This document shows positions 38,635 through 43,218 of a DNA stretch of 43,218 bases, one piece after another. Positions within the stretch are counted from its first letter, which is position 1. Every line of letters starts with the position of its first letter. A program made the translations under genes and the position numbers. Under the pieces are notes generated by a model that saw nothing but the letters and a program-made list of their open reading frames with translations, was not told the origin of the DNA and ran no database searches. Source of the stretch: an uncultured Christensenella sp. (GTDB lineage: Bacteria > Bacillota > Clostridia > Christensenellales > UBA1242); contig CASFMG010000049.1 of the NCBI GenBank assembly GCA_949295755.1, positions 1 through 43,218 of the forward strand, in the 5' to 3' direction.

Positions 38635-39165
38635 TTAATACACACATTCAATAAGTCCAAGTTCGCCGTCTTTTCTATTATATAAAATATTTACTTTGCC
38701 CGTTTCCGCATTCAAGAAAACATAAAAATCGTGTCCAACATTTTCCAAAAACTCTTTTGCGTCTTCAACAGTAATTGGATCCAAATCAAAAGTTTTGTGT
38801 TTATATATTGTTTTTTCTTTTTCTTCTGGTCTTTCTTCCAAATATTCAAAAGTAGGGATATCCATCGCACCTTTTCTTAGTTTTTCACGATTTTTTGAAG
38901 CATATTTAATTATTTGCTTTTCAATTTTTGGCAAAACAATATCTATGTTTTCATACATATTTTCGCCATAAGTTTCACTTCTATATATATTGCCTTTATT
39001 TGAAACTGTTAACTCAAGTTTAAACCTTTTGCCTTCCATTGCACAAACAACCCTTGCTGTTGCATTATCATTAAAGTATCTAGTAAGTTTTTCAACTTTT
39101 TTTTCAATAAGTGTTCGAAGTCTGACTCCTACATCATAATTCCTTTCCACTATGTCTATTTTCAT
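38635..39165 (-). CDS. hpf: Ribosome hibernation promoting factor, long form
   Basis: 176 aa. The N-terminal sigma-54-modulation/S30EA domain (MKIDIVERNYDV...KVEKLTRYF) is joined to the C-terminal dimerisation domain (FYVFLNAETGKVNILYNRKDGELGLIE). Confidence 0.88.
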   Translation of the reverse strand: MKIDIVERNYDVGVRLRTLIEKKVEKLTRYFNDNATARVVCAMEGKRFKLELTVSNKGNIYRSETYGENMYENIDIVLPKIEKQIIKYASKNREKLRKGAMDIPTFEYLEERPEEKEKTIYKHKTFDLDPITVEDAKEFLENVGHDFYVFLNAETGKVNILYNRKDGELGLIECVY

Positions 39166-39231
39166 AAGTTCCTCCTATATTTTGATTATATCAAACAACT
39201 TTTTTTTTACAAAACAAAAAAATGAAATTTA

Positions 39232-40140
39232 TTATTTTAAAAATCCGTTCAAAATTTCTTTCTCTGCTTCACTCTCTGTAAGTCCTAAAGTTAAAAGTTT
39301 TAAAAGTTGTTCCCCTGCGATTTTACCGATTGTTGCTTCGTGCACAAGAGATGCATCAGGACAATTTGCTACAATTTTTGGAACCGAACTAACTTTTGCA
39401 TTTCCAACAATAATTGCATCGCATTCAATATGAGCAAAACACTTATTGTTTCCCTTAACATTAGAATAAAAATTTTGCTTACTTTCATCTTTTGCCACTA
39501 CTCTAGAACTTACTTTCGCTTTTGAATTTTCGCCGTCTAAATTTACATTAAATTTGCTATCAGCACTTTGATTTAAATTTGTCATAATTTTTTCATTTAT
39601 AATAATGCTTGCATTTTTTTTTAATGTGGCATTAGTAATTCTTTTAGTATCATCAACACCTTCAATTTGTATTGTAGTCATCTCCATTGAACTGTTTTTT
39701 TCTAAAACAGCATTTGTAACAGGATTTAATATTTTCTTTCCCGTGCCATCTCCGTGTCCATAATGCCTTTCTATATATTTAACTTTGCTATTTTCTCCAA
39801 TATAAAAACTGTGTATGCCATCGTGTTGTGATGTGCAAGAAGAACAATTGTCTACACCACAACCGGCAATTATTTTTACATCACAATTCTTTCCAATATA
39901 AAAATCGTTATAAACTTTATCTGTAATTTCGCCTTTTGTTAAAATAACAGGAATTAAAATAGTTTGATTTATTGTGTTATCTTTTACCACAATATCTATT
40001 CCGTCTTTGTCTTTTTTGGAAATGATATCAACAAATTCATTTGTGCTTCTCTCAAGCAACTTGCCGTTTAATCTTATGTTGTATGCACCAATATATTCTG
40101 CATTGTCTGTTACAATGTCTAAAAGTTCTTTTTGATCCAT
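39232..40140 (-). CDS. Short SufB/SufD-family Fe-S cluster scaffold protein
   Basis: About 302 aa from ATG 40140, one nt after the sufC stop (the track start is 40152). It has a beta-helix-like repeat region, then the C-terminal VHEATIGKIAGEQLLKLLTLGLTESEAEKEILNGFL typical of SufB/D. A Cys cluster is present: CGVDNCSSCTSQHDG. Confidence 0.75.
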   Translation of the reverse strand: MDQKELLDIVTDNAEYIGAYNIRLNGKLLERSTNEFVDIISKKDKDGIDIVVKDNTINQTILIPVILTKGEITDKVYNDFYIGKNCDVKIIAGCGVDNCSSCTSQHDGIHSFYIGENSKVKYIERHYGHGDGTGKKILNPVTNAVLEKNSSMEMTTIQIEGVDDTKRITNATLKKNASIIINEKIMTNLNQSADSKFNVNLDGENSKAKVSSRVVAKDESKQNFYSNVKGNNKCFAHIECDAIIVGNAKVSSVPKIVANCPDASLVHEATIGKIAGEQLLKLLTLGLTESEAEKEILNGFLK

Positions 40141-40141
40141 T

Positions 40142-40840
40142 TTACACCCCACAGCCCTTACAAGATTTATTTATGTTTAATAATAGTGGCATAACTTCAT
40201 CTTTAGTTCCTACTTTTTCCACACTGCCTTCATTTAACAAAACTATTTTATTAGCAAATCCAATCATTTTTTCTTGATGAGAAATCATAATAAAAATACT
40301 TTTTGTTTCACCTTGAAAATCTTTAAATGTTTGCACTAAATTATTAAAACTCCAAAGGTCAATGCCCGCCTCTGGTTCATCAAATATATTAACTTTTGTA
40401 CCTCTTGCTAAAACAGTTGCAATTTCTATTCTTTTTAATTCTCCACCGCTTAAATCACTGCTGAGTTCCCTTGTCATATATTCTTTTGAACACAATCCAA
40501 CATTTTTTAAATATTTGCTAAGTGCAACATCTTTTTTTGCATTTGCAATTTTTAAAATATCACACACCCTTAATCCTTTAAATTTGACAGGCTGCTGAAA
40601 AGCAAAACTAAATCCCATTTTTGCCCTTTCTGTAATTGAAAAATTTGTTATATCTTGTCCATTATAAAAAATCATTCCACTAGTTGGTTTTATTATACCC
40701 ATAATAATTTTTGCTAATGTGCTTTTACCAGCACCATTTGGTCCTGTGATTACAGTTATCTCATTATTTAATTTTACATTTATATTTTTTAATATTTGCT
40801 TTCCATCGCTTTCAAAACAAATATCTTTTAACTCTATCAT
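40142..40840 (-). CDS. sufC: Fe-S cluster assembly ATPase SufC
   Basis: 232 aa. GPNGAGKST, LSGGELKR, and IFDEPEAGIDL. AGGAG precedes the ATG. Confidence 0.88.
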   Translation of the reverse strand: MIELKDICFESDGKQILKNINVKLNNEITVITGPNGAGKSTLAKIIMGIIKPTSGMIFYNGQDITNFSITERAKMGFSFAFQQPVKFKGLRVCDILKIANAKKDVALSKYLKNVGLCSKEYMTRELSSDLSGGELKRIEIATVLARGTKVNIFDEPEAGIDLWSFNNLVQTFKDFQGETKSIFIMISHQEKMIGFANKIVLLNEGSVEKVGTKDEVMPLLLNINKSCKGCGV

Positions 40841-41018
40841 ATTTTTCTCCTAGTTTTAAATTTTAGCAACGCATATATAATAGCATTAAATTAAAATATT
40901 TCAAAATTTTTGTATGTAATATTTTTTTATTAAAATCTTTATTTTTTTTGTATACTATGTTATACTTTACAAGACCTATTAATAAAATAAATTACAAAAA
41001 AAAACAAAAGAGAGAATT

Positions 41019-42413
41019 ATGGAACTTTTTAATACAATACTTAACAATATAAATATTGTTTTAACAGCGATTATTGGACTGGCTTTTACATCACAATTAA
41101 TGTATACTTTGTTTTTTTTCTTGCCAGCAAAAAAATATAAAAAAGCTAAAACAAAACATAAATTTGCTATTTTTATTCCTGCACGCAACGAAGCAAATGT
41201 AATTAAAGAAACAATAAAAAATTTACAAATGCAAAATTATCCAAAAGAACTATATGATATCTATGTAATAGCAGATAATTGTACAGATAACACTGCTCAA
41301 ATTGCTCGTAATGCCGGTGCAATAGTAATAGAACATAATGATGACAATCCAAAACACGCTAGAGTTAGTTATGCATTAGAACTTTTCTTTAAAATTATGC
41401 TACAAGAAAATAAAGATTATGAAGCATATTGCCGTTTTGATGCCGACAATTTTGCACACCCTAATTATTTAGAAAAAATGAATGATGCACTAGATAATGG
41501 TGTTAAATTAGGTAGAGCATACAACAATTCAAAAAATTTAACACAAAATGTCGTTTCTGGTGTCTCTTCTCTTTGGTATATAAGAGATTGCAGATTTGCA
41601 TCTCACGTGCGTTCAACACTTAACACTGCACAAATGTGTCCAGGACCCGGTATGATGATTTCTGCCGAAATAATAAAAGAAAATGGTGGTTGGACGGCAA
41701 TGGGAATGGCAGAAGATGCAGAATTTACAATGAATGAGTTGTTTAAAAAACATAAATTTAAGTATGTAAAAGATGCTATTACATATGAAGATCATCCATC
41801 AACAATTAAAGACTCTTACAAGCGATATGTTAGAATTGGTCACGGAACACACAAACTTTTTTACACACACGGATTAAAAAGTTTAGGACTTTTTTTTACA
41901 AGATTTGGTTGGAGTTATTTAGATATGTTTTTCACATTATTGTTTATACCAATCGCAGTGTTGTGTTGCACTTGGCTTCCTTTCTACTATACATATTCAG
42001 TTATATATAATTTTTGTGTTGGAAACACGGCACTTGCTTACACTATATTAAAAGGTATAGGATATTCCCTTATATTTGCGTTTATTTTGCCATTTATTTT
42101 ACAAGGATTTTTAGTGTATATCCTTGAACGCAAAAGAATAAACCAGCCATTTAAAAAGGTTTTACCATCAATCTTAATGTTTCCTATGTTTATGATTATA
42201 TATGCATTTTCAATTTTTATGGGGGCAATAACAATTCCAAAGTGGAAACCAATAAAAAGAAGCACTATGGTTACAAGTGAAAGTTTTCAACAATCGTTAA
42301 ATCAAAATAATATAGAAAAAAGAAAAGAATATGAAAAAACTTTAAGTGAAGAAGACGTTGTAAAAATATTAAACGAAGAAAATATTGATAATAATAACGA
42401 AGAAACAGCATAA
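41019..42413 (+). CDS. Membrane-bound family 2 glycosyltransferase (processive synthase-like)
   Basis: 464 aa. N-terminal TM, FIPARNEANVI, YVIADNCTDNT, RFDADN, GMAEDAEF, then several C-terminal TM helices. Confidence 0.75.
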   Translation: MELFNTILNNINIVLTAIIGLAFTSQLMYTLFFFLPAKKYKKAKTKHKFAIFIPARNEANVIKETIKNLQMQNYPKELYDIYVIADNCTDNTAQIARNAGAIVIEHNDDNPKHARVSYALELFFKIMLQENKDYEAYCRFDADNFAHPNYLEKMNDALDNGVKLGRAYNNSKNLTQNVVSGVSSLWYIRDCRFASHVRSTLNTAQMCPGPGMMISAEIIKENGGWTAMGMAEDAEFTMNELFKKHKFKYVKDAITYEDHPSTIKDSYKRYVRIGHGTHKLFYTHGLKSLGLFFTRFGWSYLDMFFTLLFIPIAVLCCTWLPFYYTYSVIYNFCVGNTALAYTILKGIGYSLIFAFILPFILQGFLVYILERKRINQPFKKVLPSILMFPMFMIIYAFSIFMGAITIPKWKPIKRSTMVTSESFQQSLNQNNIEKRKEYEKTLSEEDVVKILNEENIDNNNEETA

Positions 42414-42448
42414 AAAAAATTATGCAACTGCATAATTTTTATTCTTCA

Positions 42449-42808
42449 TTATTGTAAAAAAAATTCTTGAAACCTTTTTCTGTCATTCATATAGTTTTCA
42501 TTTATTTTTAAAATCTTACTTGTCAACTCTTTACCCTTGTATTTTTTTGTTGTATATTTAATATTATTTTCTCTATTTTTTCGTGCTATTGCATTATGAA
42601 TACAATTAAAAGCACTATTTACACCGTTTAAAGCATCGTAACCTGTATTATCAAAATACTCATTATTATCTAAATTAACATCTAATATCTTTCCACCAAT
42701 CGTATAAAAATAAGTTTGATTTTGCAATAACTTTTTTGCATCTTGAATAGTTAAAGTTTTAATAACTCTTCCACTTTTGGCAACTGCAAATCTTTGCAAA
42801 TTAACCAA
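42449..42808 (-). CDS. Hypothetical protein
   Basis: 119-aa ORF with a TTG start. The reading frame stays open and protein-like for about 14 codons upstream without a canonical start, so the N-terminus is uncertain. Confidence 0.35.
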   Translation of the reverse strand: MVNLQRFAVAKSGRVIKTLTIQDAKKLLQNQTYFYTIGGKILDVNLDNNEYFDNTGYDALNGVNSAFNCIHNAIARKNRENNIKYTTKKYKGKELTSKILKINENYMNDRKRFQEFFLQ

Positions 42809-42909
42809 TAATTCTTCTTTTGATAAATGTTTACCATAATATATCGTCTTTTACCTCAATCAAAAAGAGCATAACATATAAAAATAAATATTGCAATACG
42901 AAAAAATAG

Positions 42910-42938
42910 TTGACAATATAAATGATATATATTATAAT
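42910..42938 (+). promoter_or_regulatory. Perfect consensus sigma-70 promoter
   Basis: TTGACA (42910-42915), an exactly 17-nt spacer, TATAAT (42933-42938). It lies about 30 nt upstream of the first tRNA-like unit. Confidence 0.75.
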
Positions 42939-42968
42939 TGCCAAGACTTTGAAAAAAGTTGATATGAT

Positions 42969-43122
42969 GGAATGTAGCTCAGCCGGTTAGAGCACCACCC
43001 TGTCGCCGAGCGAAGCGAACGCCAATCGCACGCATGCCACTTGACTTGCGATTATAAGGTGCCCACCTTATCTGGGTGACAATAAATAGTAGACAAAGAT
43101 AAGTCTATAAAACTAAGCCGAT
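42969..43122 (+). ncRNA. tRNA-5'-half-like structured RNA unit 1 (154 nt). Not a canonical tRNA.
   Basis: GGAATGT-A-GCTC-AGCCGGTTA-GAGC-A-CCACC-CTGTC gives an acceptor strand, a perfect D arm, an anticodon-stem strand and a loop with GTC. GC-rich hairpins follow: AATCGCA-N16-TGCGATT and ATAAGGT-GCCC-ACCTTAT. There is no T arm and no complementary acceptor strand. Confidence 0.6.
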
Positions 43123-43218
43123 GGAATGTAGCTCAGCCGGTTAGAGCACCACCCTGTCGCCGAGCGAAGCGAACGCCAATCGCACGCATGCCACTTGACT
43201 TGCGATTATAAGGTGCCC
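43123..43218 (+). ncRNA. tRNA-5'-half-like structured RNA unit 2, truncated by the window edge
   Basis: All 96 nt visible are identical to 42969-43064. Confidence 0.6.

Noticed and set aside
42969-43122. Calling the unit a genuine tRNA gene (tRNA-Asp, anticodon GTC), possibly with an intron.
   Set aside because: Only the 5' half is tRNA-like. No strand closes the anticodon stem, there is no T arm, and no acceptor 3' strand is present. The best candidate, CCACC-TTATCTG-GGTGA plus ACAATAA, has multiple mismatches and competes with a much stronger ATAAGGT/ACCTTAT hairpin. The 154-nt spacing leaves no room for a group I intron. It is reported as a tRNA-like ncRNA instead.
1-43218. An alternative genetic code (TGA=Trp, Mycoplasma-type), suggested by the AT-richness and the CIRCE-clpB arrangement.
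   Set aside because: All conserved genes are full length under the standard code and use TGG for Trp. TGA also terminates the XRE gene at 26836-26838.

Overview
Strongly AT-rich bacterial chromosome segment that resembles a low-GC Firmicutes or Mollicutes relative. It uses the standard code: TGA is a stop at 26836-26838, and all conserved genes are intact with TGG Trp. A CIRCE operator sits in front of clpB. Most genes are on the minus strand.

Coding content:
- A surface protein of more than 1660 codons with GLUG and Listeria-Bacteroides repeats. It runs off the left edge and is missing from the supplied ORF track.
- asnS, a helD-like helicase, ppa, and the str operon (rpsL-rpsG-fusA-tuf).
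- A heterodimeric ABC exporter.
- A small accessory-looking block: a DUF1273/SLOG protein, a 1249-aa DUF4011/SF1 helicase with an endonuclease-like C-terminus, and two XRE regulators.
- clpB, Ktr-type K+ uptake, mnmA and hpf.
- A two-gene sufC plus short sufB/D module, and a GT2 glycosyltransferase.

The non-coding fraction is the most unusual part:
1. A family of GC-rich hairpin RNAs or elements with compensatory base changes. Copies sit in tandem between rpsG and fusA, and one more lies downstream of ppa.
2. A leader of about 280 nt ending in a terminator-like hairpin directly upstream of rpsL.
3. At the right edge, a perfect consensus promoter drives at least two identical 154-nt units. Each unit begins like a tRNA 5' half but never forms a T arm or a 3' acceptor strand.

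All calls come from reading the sequence and from motif memory. No database searches were run.
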